Below are positions 10,145-20,206 of a DNA stretch of 64,000 nucleotides, in pieces. The position numbers and the translations under genes were made by a program. Each line of letters opens with the position of its first letter. Position 1 is the stretch's first letter. Source of the stretch: an uncultured Candidatus Rokubacteria bacterium (GTDB lineage Bacteria > Methylomirabilota > Methylomirabilia > Rokubacteriales > CSP1-6); NCBI GenBank assembly GCA_963762145.1, contig CAVXJS010000011.1, positions 576,001-640,000 on the forward strand, read 5' to 3'. The notes under the pieces are model-generated. The model worked only from the letters and a program-made list of their open reading frames with translations, was not told the DNA's origin and did not search any database.

Positions 10145-11243
10145 TTACTTGATCACCGCTTTGGCGATGTCCTGGGTCTTGACGACCTCGGCCAGATTCT
10201 CCTCCGCGTCCACCTGCAGAGCTTCCGCCGTTGCGGGGCACCGCGATCTGGCGGATTGCCCGGCTCGACGCCGATCCGCCGGCTGTTCGTCTCGACCTCG
10301 CGCGCCCAGACGACCTGGGCGTCCTTGGTCAGCAGCCAGTTGATGAACACCTTCGCCGCGGCCGGATGCGGGGCCTGGTTGACGAGCCAGAGTGACGCTG
10401 CTGCTGGAGTTGACGGTGTCCATCTCGGGGAAGTGGAAGGTCTTGAGGTTCTTGCCGAGCCCTTGCTTCTGGAACTGGCTCGAGCAGCAGCGGGTTGACG
10501 CCGAGCGCGATCGGGATAGCGGCCCCGCACCATGAACTCGGCGATCTGGCGGGTGTCGCGGCTCAGCGCCGGCTCCTGGTCGACGAAGAGCTTCTTGATG
10601 ATGTCGTCGCCCAGGTTGAGGCGGGCGCTCGTCATCGGCCAGAACGCGTCGCCCATCGTGCGCACGTCGGGCAGCAGCAGCTTGCCCTTCCAGCTGGGAT
10701 TCAGCAGGTCGGTGAGTCCCTTGATCTGCTCTTCCTTCACCAGGTCGGTGTTGACGGTGATGCCCGCGCCGCGCGACCGCGACGAAGCCGTAGGCGAGCG
10801 CGCGGTCCTTCACCGAGGCGAAGCCGCGCTCGAAGCCGCCCTCCCAGCCCGCGTCGTCCTTGACCTCGGCATGCACGATGGCCGGGCCGGACCGGGTCCC
10901 AGACCCCGGCCGGGCGCAGCACCTGCAGCGCGGTGCTGGTGGGGATCGTGGCCACGTCCCAGGTGAAGAGGTTCGCCTGGCGCTCCTGCATGATGCGCGG
11001 CGCGAAGTCCTGCGAGTGCAGCCCGGTGTGCTCGAGCTTGATGTCGGGATACGCCTGGGTGAAGGCCTTGAGCGCCCGCTTGTAGCCGTCGCCGGGGAAG
11101 GTGTTGACGACGACCTTGCCCTCCTTCTTGGCTGCCGCGAGGACCTGCGGCCATTCCGGCGGCACATTGGCCGCGGCGGCGGGTCGGGCGAGCGACGCCG
11201 CGACGCCCACCAAGACCGCGCGCATCAACTGTCGCCGGCTCAT
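10145..11243 (-). CDS. Extracellular solute-binding protein (frameshifted)
   Basis: MSRRQLM Tat-like start, AAKKEGKVVV, LLNPSWKGK, APHPAAAKVFINWLL. Confidence 0.8.
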
Positions 11244-11325
11244 CCGTCGTCGGCCATCTCGATCCTTTCTGACACCGCGTGGCTGACACGGGTCGTGGTA
11301 GTCACGGGCGTGGCGGCGGCGCGAT

Positions 11326-12660
11326 TCAGCCCGCGGCCGGCGGCGCGGCGCTGCTCTTCGCCGCATCTGCTCCTGGAGGTACCGGACGGAGACCCGCTCG
11401 AGGGGCACCGCGTCCGGGGACAGGCCGTCGGGGTTCTTGTACTCGAACGGCGCGTCGCGGCCGCCGAACTGCTTGGTGACGACCAGCCGCCGCCACTGGA
11501 TGACCTCGGCGTCGGTGCCCGAGAGCTTCTCCGGGGTGTCGTAGCGCTGGTTGAGCATCACCCGCTCGTCCTGGCGCGAGAAGTTGTACTCGATGATCCA
11601 CCGGTGGAGCGCCGCGTAGACGAGCCGCTCCCAGATCCGCCCGAGCGCGGTCTTCGGCCGCGTGCAGTGGTAGTACCAGACGCGCGTCAGGTGCTCCTCC
11701 ACCGGCACGCACATGCGGGTGTAGAGATCCCAGCCGAACTCGGCGCGGAACATGCCGGGCAGGTGATGGCCGCCGCACCACCGCGCGGACCGCGGCGGGG
11801 GAATGTGGCGCCGCGCCCGGTCGGCGAGCGGCTGGGTCAGCCACGTCCAGAGGCGGCGGTAGTTGTCTTCGGCCACTTGCGGCCGTCGGCGTAGACGTCC
11901 TGGACGCGGGTTCTGGCGCATGTAGTTGCTCTCGGCGACGTCGCCGCCGAACCCGTTGCCCACGAAGATCGGGTGCTCGCCCTGCGCGCCGCGCGCGATG
12001 AAGCCGCTGCGCGTGACCACCACCGCGTTGCGGTGCACGTAGTTGACGTGCGAGTCCATCGAGTTCTCGAGCGCGACCTCCCAGTTGCACCGCCAGTGCA
12101 CCTGGCCGATGAGGACCAGCGCGCTCGTCGTCGAAGAACTCCTCGGGCACGTCCTCCTCGATCGGCGCGGGCGTCGCCGTCGCCGATCCACACGAAGACG
12201 AGGCCCTTGAGCGTGCGGGTCGGGATAGGCCTTCGCCTCGGTGCCGGCCTTGCCGCACACGCCCGAGTTCGGGCCCTCGGAGAGCACCATCACGTTCTTG
12301 CCCGACTCGTCGTAGACCCAGCCGTGATACGGGCAGGCCACCGTGCCCCGGTAGTGGCAGTCGCCCTCGCTCAGGCGCGCGCCGCGGTGCGGGCAGATGT
12401 CCTGGATGGCCGCCACGTCGCCGTTGGCGCCCGCGGAAGAGGCAGATCTCCTCGCCGAGCAGCGAGACCTTCACCGGCTTGCGCGATGCCCGACCGCGCG
12501 GTCGCTCGATGGCCGGATACCAGTAGTTGCGCAGGCCGAGCTTGGGGATCAGGTGGCGGATGTCGCCGCTGAGCTTCGGGGATCGCGCCGTTGCCGATCG
12601 CGGTGCTCGGGTCGCGCGACGTGCAGGTGGGACGTGGAGTTGCGAGGTAGGTGTCGGCAC
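11326..12660 (-). CDS. Rieske non-heme iron oxygenase alpha subunit (frameshifted)
   Basis: GLRNYWYPA, CPHRG...CPYHGW Rieske motif, NWEVALENSMDSHVNYVH iron-binding motif; GAGGAG RBS before GTG. Confidence 0.82.
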   Translation of the reverse strand: MPTPTSQLHVPPARRATRAPRSATARSPKLSGDIRHLIPKLGLRNYWYPAIERPRGRASRKPVKVSLLGEEICLFRGRQRRRGGHPGHLPAPRRAPERGRLPLPGHGGLPVSRLGLRRVGQERDGALRGPELGRVRQGRHRGEGLSRPARSRASSSCGSATATPAPIEEDVPEEFFDDERAGPHRPGALAVQLGGRARELDGLARQLRAPQRGGGHAQRLHRARRAGRAPDLRGQRVRRRRRREQLHAPEPASRTSTPTAASGRRQLPPPLDVADPAARRPGAAPHSPAAVRAVVRRPSPARHVPRRVRLGSLHPHVRAGGGAPDARLVLPLHAAEDRARADLGAARLRGAPPVDHRVQLLAPGRAGDAQPALRHPGEALGHRRRGHPVAAAGRHQAVRRPRRAVRVQEPRRPVPGRGAPRAGLRPVPPGADAAKSSAAPPAAG

Positions 12661-12680
12661 GCCGATCTCCTCTGCCTGCC

Positions 12681-13743
12681 TCAGGGCTTGAACGATGGCG
12701 AAGCACTTGTTCGAGTTGAACGACCACGTCTCGATGAAGTCGCACTCGTCCGGCTTGCGCCCCAGCTCCTCCATGGCGCCGGCGAGCATGTACCAGTTCA
12801 GCATCTCCTGCTGGCCCGACGTCTCGATGGCCGCGAGCGGCGTCTGGCGCCACGTCTCGTAGTCGCCCGACGCGGAGCGCCTCGTAGAGCCGCCGGTCGG
12901 ACTCGATGTCGGGGTAGAGCTGGTGGTGCTTGTCGGTGAGGAAGGCGTGCGACCAGCTCGACGAGGCGATGAGCGCGGTGCGCCACGGGCTGTCGCGCAT
13001 CGACCCGCGCGGTCGCCGCGCCCACCTCCATGCAGCGCTTCGGCGACGGCGACGGCGGGTCGAGGTCGGCGTCGCCGAGCGGGTGGGCGAGGCTGCCGCG
13101 GCCGCCGCGCTGGGCGATGACCCGGCGCCCGTAGCAGTTGACCTGGAACGCGATGACCGGGTAGGGGAAGCCGACCCGGTCGTAGTCGAGGAACATGATC
13201 GTGTTCAGGAACGCGTGGGCGAGGCCCGGGATAGTGCAGGGGCTTGTAGGCGTACGCCATGTCCACGCCCTGCTCGAGGAGCGCCGGTCGCGAGGTACTT
13301 GCCGGCCTGCCGGTGCCCGGCGATGCGGAAGGTGGTGTCGGCGGGCTCGCCCCAGACGTTGGGCGGCGACGCCGGCGCGCTGCCACGGGCGCGCCTCGAT
13401 CTGGTCGTAGGCGAGCACGCAGAAGGGCGGGATGACGTCCTCGGTGAAGTTCTCGTGCTGGTCGTCGCCCCAGATCGACCACGACGTCCGGGCGGAACTC
13501 GTCGAGGATGCTGCCGGGCGTGCCGGAAGTGGCGGAGCAGGCCTCGCGATGCCCGGCCGCGCTCGCGGTGCCGCCGTCGTCGCCGTACTCGCGCCGCATC
13601 GCGGCCGGCCAGCTCGCGGGATCGCGGTAGCGCTCCGGGAGGCCGGGGTCCTGCAGGACGCGGCGGAGGATGCCGGCCATGTTCTCGTCCAGGCCGGTGA
13701 GCGGCGGGTAGTGCGTCATGCCCAGGCCGAGAATCTCGCCCAT
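12681..13743 (-). CDS. Extradiol ring-cleavage dioxygenase, LigB-like (frameshifted)
   Basis: LGLGMTHYP, GDDQHENF, GLAHAF, SSSWSHAF, SGQQEMLNW segments across frames. Confidence 0.8.
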
Positions 13744-13780
13744 GAGGGAGCCCTCCACGTCGGGTGCCAGCGCCTGCGCA

Positions 13781-13810
13781 ACCCTAGTCCCCGGGGCCGG
13801 GGATTGTCAA
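13781..13810 (-). promoter_or_regulatory. Putative sigma70 promoter for the LigB/Rieske/ABC operon
   Basis: TTGACA-N18-TAGGGT about 38 nt upstream of the ATG; spacer contains the inverted repeat TCCCCG/CGGGGA. Confidence 0.5.
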
Positions 13811-13828
13811 TCTACGCGACCGGCTCCG

Positions 13829-14593
13829 CTACTGCCCCCCGGTCACGTCGATGGTGACGCCGGTGACGAAGTCGGCGTCGGCCGAGGCCAGGAAGCAGAT
13901 GACCCGCGCCTGGTCCTCGGGGGTGGCGACCCGCCCCAGCGGGGTGCGCCCGATCTCGGCGGCCCGACCCTCCGCGGTGCGGCGCTCCCAGTGCGGCCGG
14001 ATGCGCTCGGAGAGCGTGAGGCTCGGGGCGATCGCGTTGACGGTGATGCCGTGGGGGCCCAGCTCGAACGCGAGCTTGCGGGTGAGGGCGATGATGCCGC
14101 CCTTCGCGGTGGCGTAGGCGCTCGAGCTCGACTGGCTGCGCCCGCGCCCGGCGATCGAGGAGAGGTTGACGATCTTGCCGCTCTGCTGCCGCTTCATCAC
14201 CGGGATCACCGCGTGCGAGAAGAGGAACGTTCCGGTCAGGTTGAAGTGGAGCAGCTTCTGCCACTCCTCGAGGGTGAGCTCGTCCAGGAGCGCGGCGGGG
14301 CGGCTCACCACGGTGCTGCCGCCCACCGCGTTGACCAGGATGTCGATGCGCCCGTAGGCGTCGACCGCCTGCCGGACCGCGCCCTCCACCGCCGCCGCGT
14401 CGAGGCCGTCGGCGCGGACCGCGAGCGCCCGCCCGCCCGCGGCGGTGACGTCGGCGGTCAGCCGGTCCAGCACCGCCGGCTCGAGGTCCACGCCCACCAC
14501 GGTCCCGCCCTCGCGCGCGATGATCATCGCGGTCGCGCGGCCGATGCCGGCTCCGGCCGCCGAGATCAGCGCCACCTTGCCCTGGAATCGCAT
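13829..14593 (-). CDS. SDR family oxidoreductase
   Basis: ISAAGAGIG, NAVGG, YATAK. Confidence 0.88.
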   Translation of the reverse strand: MRFQGKVALISAAGAGIGRATAMIIAREGGTVVGVDLEPAVLDRLTADVTAAGGRALAVRADGLDAAAVEGAVRQAVDAYGRIDILVNAVGGSTVVSRPAALLDELTLEEWQKLLHFNLTGTFLFSHAVIPVMKRQQSGKIVNLSSIAGRGRSQSSSSAYATAKGGIIALTRKLAFELGPHGITVNAIAPSLTLSERIRPHWERRTAEGRAAEIGRTPLGRVATPEDQARVICFLASADADFVTGVTIDVTGGQ

Positions 14594-14634
14594 GCCGTCG
14601 TCCTCCCGGGCGGGATCATACCTCAGCGCGTAGA

Positions 14635-14823
14635 ATGGAGTCCGTGACCTACGACTGCGTGTTCTGCGGCGAGGAGAACGACGTCTTCGTGGATCCGAGC
14701 GGAGGGCGGCACCAGACCTTCACCGAGGACTGCACGGTGTGCTGCCGCCCCAACCTGATCACGCTCGAGATCGACGACGACGGCGACGTGCAGATCCAGG
14801 TCGTCCAGGAGTACGAGGCCTAG
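14635..14823 (+). CDS. CPXCG-motif cysteine-rich small protein
   Basis: CVFCGE...EDCTVCCRPN zinc-ribbon pattern; acidic; 62 aa. Confidence 0.8.
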   Translation: MESVTYDCVFCGEENDVFVDPSGGRHQTFTEDCTVCCRPNLITLEIDDDGDVQIQVVQEYEA

Positions 14824-15794
14824 CGCGTCGAGGCGACCCGGGTGATGTAGTCGACGAAGCGGGCGGTCGGGTCGAAGCCGAGCACCTCCGGGGCGTTGGC
14901 CACGAAGTTCGACGTGGCGTTGATGTCGTAGTAGTAGATCTGCCCGTCGCGCCTGGCCACCAGGTACTCCACGCCGCCGATGTCGATGGAGGCGGCGCGC
15001 GTGAGCCGGAGCACGGTGTCGATGGCCTCCTGGGGGGCGTCGAAGCGCGTGACGGTGAGGCCCGACCGGGGCGCCGCGGGGCAGGCTTCGATCGGAGTGA
15101 CCGTGGGAGCGGTCGGCGCGTCGGGCACCTGGCAGATGTCGGCCGGGCACAGGTTGAAGCCGGCCTGCGGCTCCCGCACGATGCGGATCGCGTAGAGGTA
15201 GCGGCCGTCCATCACCTCCACCCGCACGATCGCGCCCTCGTCCGACTCGAGGTACTCCTGCACGAGCGCCGTCCCGTCGGGGCCGAAGTGAAGGTCGCCC
15301 AGGCCGGCTTCCAGATCCTCGCGTGAATCGAAGCGGACGATGCCCGCCCCCGAGCCGCCGACGTTCGGCTTGACCACGAGCGGGAAGGGGATCTGATCGA
15401 GGGCCTTCAGGATCTTGTCCCGGTGATTGACCACGACTGTTCTCGGATAGGGGGCGGCCATCCGCTCGAACAGATCGAGCTGGAGCGCCTTCGACTTCTC
15501 GCCGCGATAGGCCTGGACCGGGTTGATGACCGGCACGCCGAGCGAGGCGTAGTGGTTGAGCAGCGCCTCGGCATAGAACAGCACGCCGGCGTGCCCGCGG
15601 GTGGCCGACGAGGGACTCGTGCGGTTCACGATCACGGAGTAGCGGGGGTCCCGGTCGCGCGGGTCGTAGGCGTGATTGGAGTGATCCACCTTCTCGTACG
15701 GGAGCCGCCGGGCTTCGAGCTCGGCGATCAGACGGCTCGACCAGTCCGGGTGCTCGTCCAGGATCGCGATGGGACCGCGCAAGGTCGTGTTCAT
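14820..15794 (-). CDS. ATP-grasp protein (RimK/glutathione synthetase-like)
   Basis: VVKPNVGGSGAGI, LVQEY, GGVEY, YDINATSNF; GAGGAG RBS. Confidence 0.82.
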   Translation of the reverse strand: MNTTLRGPIAILDEHPDWSSRLIAELEARRLPYEKVDHSNHAYDPRDRDPRYSVIVNRTSPSSATRGHAGVLFYAEALLNHYASLGVPVINPVQAYRGEKSKALQLDLFERMAAPYPRTVVVNHRDKILKALDQIPFPLVVKPNVGGSGAGIVRFDSREDLEAGLGDLHFGPDGTALVQEYLESDEGAIVRVEVMDGRYLYAIRIVREPQAGFNLCPADICQVPDAPTAPTVTPIEACPAAPRSGLTVTRFDAPQEAIDTVLRLTRAASIDIGGVEYLVARRDGQIYYYDINATSNFVANAPEVLGFDPTARFVDYITRVASTR

Positions 15795-15838
15795 ATGGGG
15801 CTCCTCGGCTATTACACTATTCTTGACCGGCAAAGAGG

Positions 15839-15867
15839 ATAATGCCTACCAGCGCGGCGCCTGTCAA
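15839..15867 (-). promoter_or_regulatory. Putative sigma70 promoter for the ATP-grasp gene
   Basis: TTGACA-N17-CATTAT in an AT-richer intergenic region. Confidence 0.45.
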
Positions 15868-15900
15868 GCTGGAGCCCGGAGGACTTGTGCGGAGGGGGAC

Positions 15901-16374
15901 CTAGAGGCGGCGCGCGCCGACCCAGCGCGTCCGGAACCAGTCGTCGTCCAGCCGCGCGATCTTCACACCGCCCGGCTTGGTGGCATGGACGAATCGCCCG
16001 TCGCCCAGATAGATGCCGTTGTGGCGGAGCTGATTGAAGAAGACGACGTCGCCGGGCACCAGGCGATCGCGCGCGACCGGGACGCCGAGGCGGAACTGCT
16101 GCGCGGCATTGTGGGGAACCGCGACGCCGACCTGGCCGAAGGCATACATGACGAGGCCGGAGCAGTCGAAGCCGGACGGGCTCGCGCCGGCCCACACGTA
16201 GGGCGCGCCGAGATATCGGGTCGCCAGCCGCGCGGCGGTGGCATTGCGGGAAGGCGCGGACTCCACGGACGCCCCGGTGGTCGGGGAAGAATCCGGCGAG
16301 AGGACCTGCTTCGCGCAGCCGGTGACCGCAAGGCCGAGGGACAGGGCGAGGATGCCGCGGCGGAGCGCGCTCAT
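15901..16374 (-). CDS. NlpC/P60 (C40) peptidase, lipoprotein
   Basis: Lipobox VTGC; PYVWAG..P.GFDCSG; HNGIYLG..FVHA. Confidence 0.9.
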   Translation of the reverse strand: MSALRRGILALSLGLAVTGCAKQVLSPDSSPTTGASVESAPSRNATAARLATRYLGAPYVWAGASPSGFDCSGLVMYAFGQVGVAVPHNAAQQFRLGVPVARDRLVPGDVVFFNQLRHNGIYLGDGRFVHATKPGGVKIARLDDDWFRTRWVGARRL

Positions 16375-16476
16375 CGTGGATCACCGTAGCACGAGCCGTC
16401 CGCGGATCGGGAGACCTGGGACGCGCGGGACGGCGCTTGCGACGCGGGGCCGCGCGCCCGTATACTTCGCGCACCC

Positions 16477-18501
16477 GTGGCTCTCCGGATCGGCATCGAC
16501 ATCGGCGGCACCTTCACGGACCTGGTCGCGCTGGACGAGGCGACCGGAGCGGTGGTGGACACGAAGGCCCTCTCGACGCCGCACGATCTGCTCGAGGGCA
16601 TCCTCCGCTGCGTGGACCAGGCGGGGACGCGCCTGGCCGACTGCCGCCTCGTCATCCACGGGACCACCATCGGGATCAACGCCCTGCTCGAGCGAAAGGG
16701 CGTGGTGACCGGGCTCCTCACCACCGAGGGGTTCCGGGACGTGCTCGAGATCGGGCGCGGCAACTTCCTGCGCATGTACGACGTCCTGTATCGGCGGCCC
16801 GCCTCCCTCGTTCCCCGCGGCCGTCGCCTCGAGGTGAGCGAGCGGGTGACCGCGCGGGGCGAGGTGCTGATCCCGCTGGACGAGGCGGCGGTGCGCGACG
16901 CGGCCCGGCGGCTCGCCGACGATGGCGTCGAGTCGGTCGCGATCTCGTTCCTGTTCTCGTTCCGCAACCCGGAGCACGAGCGGCGCGCGGCGGAGCTCGT
17001 GGCCGAGGTCCTCCCGACGGCATCGGTGTCGGTCTCGCACCGGATCACCCAGGAATGGCGCGAGTACGAGCGCACCAGCACCACGGTGGTGAACGCCTAC
17101 ATCCGGCCCATCATGGACCGCTACCTGGGCGCCTTCGAGCGCGGGCTGGCCGGGCGCGGCTTCGGGGGCCAGCTCCTGATCACCCAGTCGAACGGCGGCG
17201 CGTTCTCGGTGGCGGCCGCGGCCTCCAAGCCGGTGCACACCATCGAGTCGGGCCCCGCGGCGGGGGCCATCGGCTGCGCGGCGCTCGCGCAGGCGCTCGG
17301 CGCGGACCGGCTCATCTCCTTCGACATGGGCGGGACCACCGCCAAGTGCGCGATCGTCGCGGGCGGGCTCGTGCAGACCACCGACGAGTACCACGCGGAC
17401 GGCCACCCGCTGCGCATCCCGGTCATCGACATCACCGAGGTGAGCGCGGGGGGCGGCACCATCGCCTGGATCGACGCGGGCGGCGCGCTCGCCCTGGGCC
17501 CGCAGAGCGCGGGCGCGGCCCCGGGTCCGGTCTGCTACGGGCGCGGCGGGGTCGAGCCCACCGTCACCGACGCGAACCTGGTGCTGGGGCGCATCGCGGC
17601 CGGCCGCTTCCTCGGCGGCACCATGCCGCTCGACCACGCGGCGGCGTCGCGGGCCATCGAGGAGCGCCTCGGGCTCGCCGCTCGGGCCTCGCGCGCGACA
17701 ACGCGGCCGCCGGCGTCGTGCGGCTGGCGGACGTGAAGATGGCGCTCGCGGTGCGCAGCATCACGACCGAGCGCGGCCTGGATCCGCGGGACTACGCGCT
17801 GGTGGCCTACGGCGGGGGCGGCCCGCTCCACGCGGTGGCGATCGCGCGCGAGCTCGGGATCCCGCGGGTCATCATCCCGCCCGCGCCGTCCACGTTCTCG
17901 GCGTGGGGGATGCTCGCCACCGATCTCCGGCACGATCTGGTGCGCACGGTGCTCGAGCCCCTCGAGCGCACCGACGGGGCGTGGGCCGAGGCGCGGTATC
18001 GCGAGATGGAGCGCGAGATCGAGTCCATCCTGCCGCCGGTGGGCGCGGCGACCCTTCACCGGGCCGCGGACCTGCGCTACCTGGGCCAGGAGCACACCGT
18101 CACGGTGGAGGTCGGGGAGCCTGGCGGACTGGGCGTCGCTGCGCGGCCGCTTCGACGCCGCGCACCAGCGCGCCTACGGCTACGCGGCGGCCGACGTGGA
18201 GGTGCAGCTCCTGAACCTGCGCCTGGCCGTCGTGTACCCGCTCGATCGGGCGCCGCTCCCGGCTCTCGATCGCGGGACGGGGCGTGGGCCGGCGTTCGAG
18301 ACGCGCAAGATCTACTCCACGCTGCTCCGCGACGTGCTCGAGTACCGCGTGTTCCCGCGCGAGCGGCTGCGGGCGGGGGACGTGGTCGAGGGGCCGGCCG
18401 CGATCGAGGAGGCGGGTACGACCACGATGCTGGAGCCGGGCGACCGCCTCCAGGTCGAGAGCAACGCGTGCCTCGTGATCGACGTGGTGAAGGGAGGCTG
18501 A
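16477..18501 (+). CDS. Hydantoinase A/oxoprolinase family (frameshifted near 17690 and 18120)
   Basis: GIDIGGTFTD, HGTT, ESGPAAG, DMGGTT, GAAPGPVCYG, TDANLVLG, GGGGPLHA, GPAAIEE. Confidence 0.88.
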
Positions 18502-18504
18502 GCC

Positions 18505-20193
18505 ATGGGCAACGTCCCGCTCGACGCGGTGACCGTCGAGGTGGTCCGCGCCGCGCTCAACGCGGCGGCCGAGCGCATGCGGATCACCATGATCAAGACC
18601 GCCTACAACCACATCATCAGCGAGAGCCTCGACTTCGGCTGCGCGATCTTCGATGCCGACGTGCAGATGATCGCCCAGGGGATCGGGCTGCCCGTGTTCC
18701 AGGGGCACCTCGGGTTTCCCATCCAGGCCACCCTGGCCGATCGGGGCCTCGAGGCCTTCCGCGAGGGCGACGTCTTCATCCACAACGATCCCTACGCGGG
18801 CAACGGCAACCACCTGAACGACGTGGCGATGTACGCGCCGGTGTTCTGGGAGGGCCAGCTCACCGGCTTCGTGTCGGTGAAGGCCCACTGGAGCGACGTG
18901 GGCGGCCCGGTGCCGAGCTCCATGCAGGTGGGCTCGCGGGAGTTCCGGCAGGAGGGGCTCCGCTTCCAGTCGGTGCGGCTCTTCGATCGCGGTGAGCTGA
19001 ACGAGGAAGTGATGCGGATGATCCGGGGCAACATCCGCACCGAGAGCGGCACGATGAAGGACGTCCAGGCCATGATCGCGGTCTGTCGCGCCGGGCTGGC
19101 CTACTTCCACGAGATTCTCGGGAAGTACGGCCGCGACACCGTGCTCGACTCCACGAAGGTCTACCTCGAGCAGTCCGAGCGGCGCACGCGCGCCGAGCTG
19201 GCCCGCATCCCCTCCGGGACCTACCGCGCGGTGGCCCACTTCGACAACGACGGCATCAGCCTCGAGCAGCCGGTGCGGATCGAGATGGCGATCACGGTGG
19301 ACGCGGGCGCGATGACGGTGGACTTCGAGGGCTCGAGCCCGCAGGTGGTGGGGCCGTTCAACTGCGGCGACGCGATCACGGTCAGCGCGTGCCGGCTCCT
19401 GATCAAGTGCCTGACCACGCCGCTCACGCCGGTCGACGAGGGCTGCTTCCGGCCCCTCACGGTGCGCATCCCGGCGCGCTCGGTGCTGGCCTGCGAGGAG
19501 CCCGCCCCGACCGCGCGCTACTACGTGCCGATCAACCTGCTCATCGATCTGGGCCTGCGCGCGCTCTCCGAGGCGATGCCCGAGGGCATCCCGGCCGGCT
19601 CCTACGGCGACCAGATGCCCACCATCGCGTTCGGGACCCATCCCGACACCGGGCGCCTCTTCATCCAGGGCGATCTCAACGCGGGCGGCACCGGGGCGCG
19701 GCCGGCGTACGACGGCGAGTCGGGCATGATCATCTTCGCGGGCTCGACCGCCCGGAACAACCCGGTCGAGGTGGTGGAGTCGCGCATCCCGACCATGCGC
19801 ATCCTCAAGTACGGCCTCCGGCCCGATTCGGGCGGCGCCGGGCGGCACCGGGGCGGCCTCGGCATCGAGCGGCTCTACGAGTTCCTCGCGCCCGCCTTCA
19901 TCACCTTCAGCCTCGAGCGCAAGGTCAATCCGCCCTGGGGCCTGCGGGGCGGGAAGGACGGCGCGGTCAACGGCGTGGAGATCACCGCGCCCGACGGGGC
20001 GGTGCGCCACGTGCGCAAGGCGACCCAGCATCCGATCGCGGCGGGGGAGCGGGTGCGGATCATGACCGGCGGCGGCGGGGGCTTCGGCCCGGCCGCCGAG
20101 CGCGACCCGGAGTCGGTCCGGCGGGACGTCCACGAGGGCTACGTGACGGCCGAGGCGGCCCGCCGCGACTACGGCGCGCGCGCGGACGCCTAG
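18505..20193 (+). CDS. Hydantoinase B/oxoprolinase family
   Basis: HNDPY..GNHLNDV, HWSDVGG, QEG, DSGGAGRHRGG, GGGGGFG. Confidence 0.92.
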   Translation: MGNVPLDAVTVEVVRAALNAAAERMRITMIKTAYNHIISESLDFGCAIFDADVQMIAQGIGLPVFQGHLGFPIQATLADRGLEAFREGDVFIHNDPYAGNGNHLNDVAMYAPVFWEGQLTGFVSVKAHWSDVGGPVPSSMQVGSREFRQEGLRFQSVRLFDRGELNEEVMRMIRGNIRTESGTMKDVQAMIAVCRAGLAYFHEILGKYGRDTVLDSTKVYLEQSERRTRAELARIPSGTYRAVAHFDNDGISLEQPVRIEMAITVDAGAMTVDFEGSSPQVVGPFNCGDAITVSACRLLIKCLTTPLTPVDEGCFRPLTVRIPARSVLACEEPAPTARYYVPINLLIDLGLRALSEAMPEGIPAGSYGDQMPTIAFGTHPDTGRLFIQGDLNAGGTGARPAYDGESGMIIFAGSTARNNPVEVVESRIPTMRILKYGLRPDSGGAGRHRGGLGIERLYEFLAPAFITFSLERKVNPPWGLRGGKDGAVNGVEITAPDGAVRHVRKATQHPIAAGERVRIMTGGGGGFGPAAERDPESVRRDVHEGYVTAEAARRDYGARADA

Positions 20194-20206
20194 CCGGGCC
20201 GCCTCG

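Noticed and set aside
11326-13758. Apparent multi-domain fusions in the ORF track (11326-13758, 10737-12416, 34256-37105, 6457-8016, 37883-39592)
   Set aside because: Produced by indels and stop-poor frames; separate starts, RBSs and stops exist for each component gene
14635-15794. RiPP (graspetide) precursor plus ATP-grasp ligase
   Set aside because: The genes are convergent and the small protein fits a CPXCG zinc-ribbon family, with no graspetide core motifs
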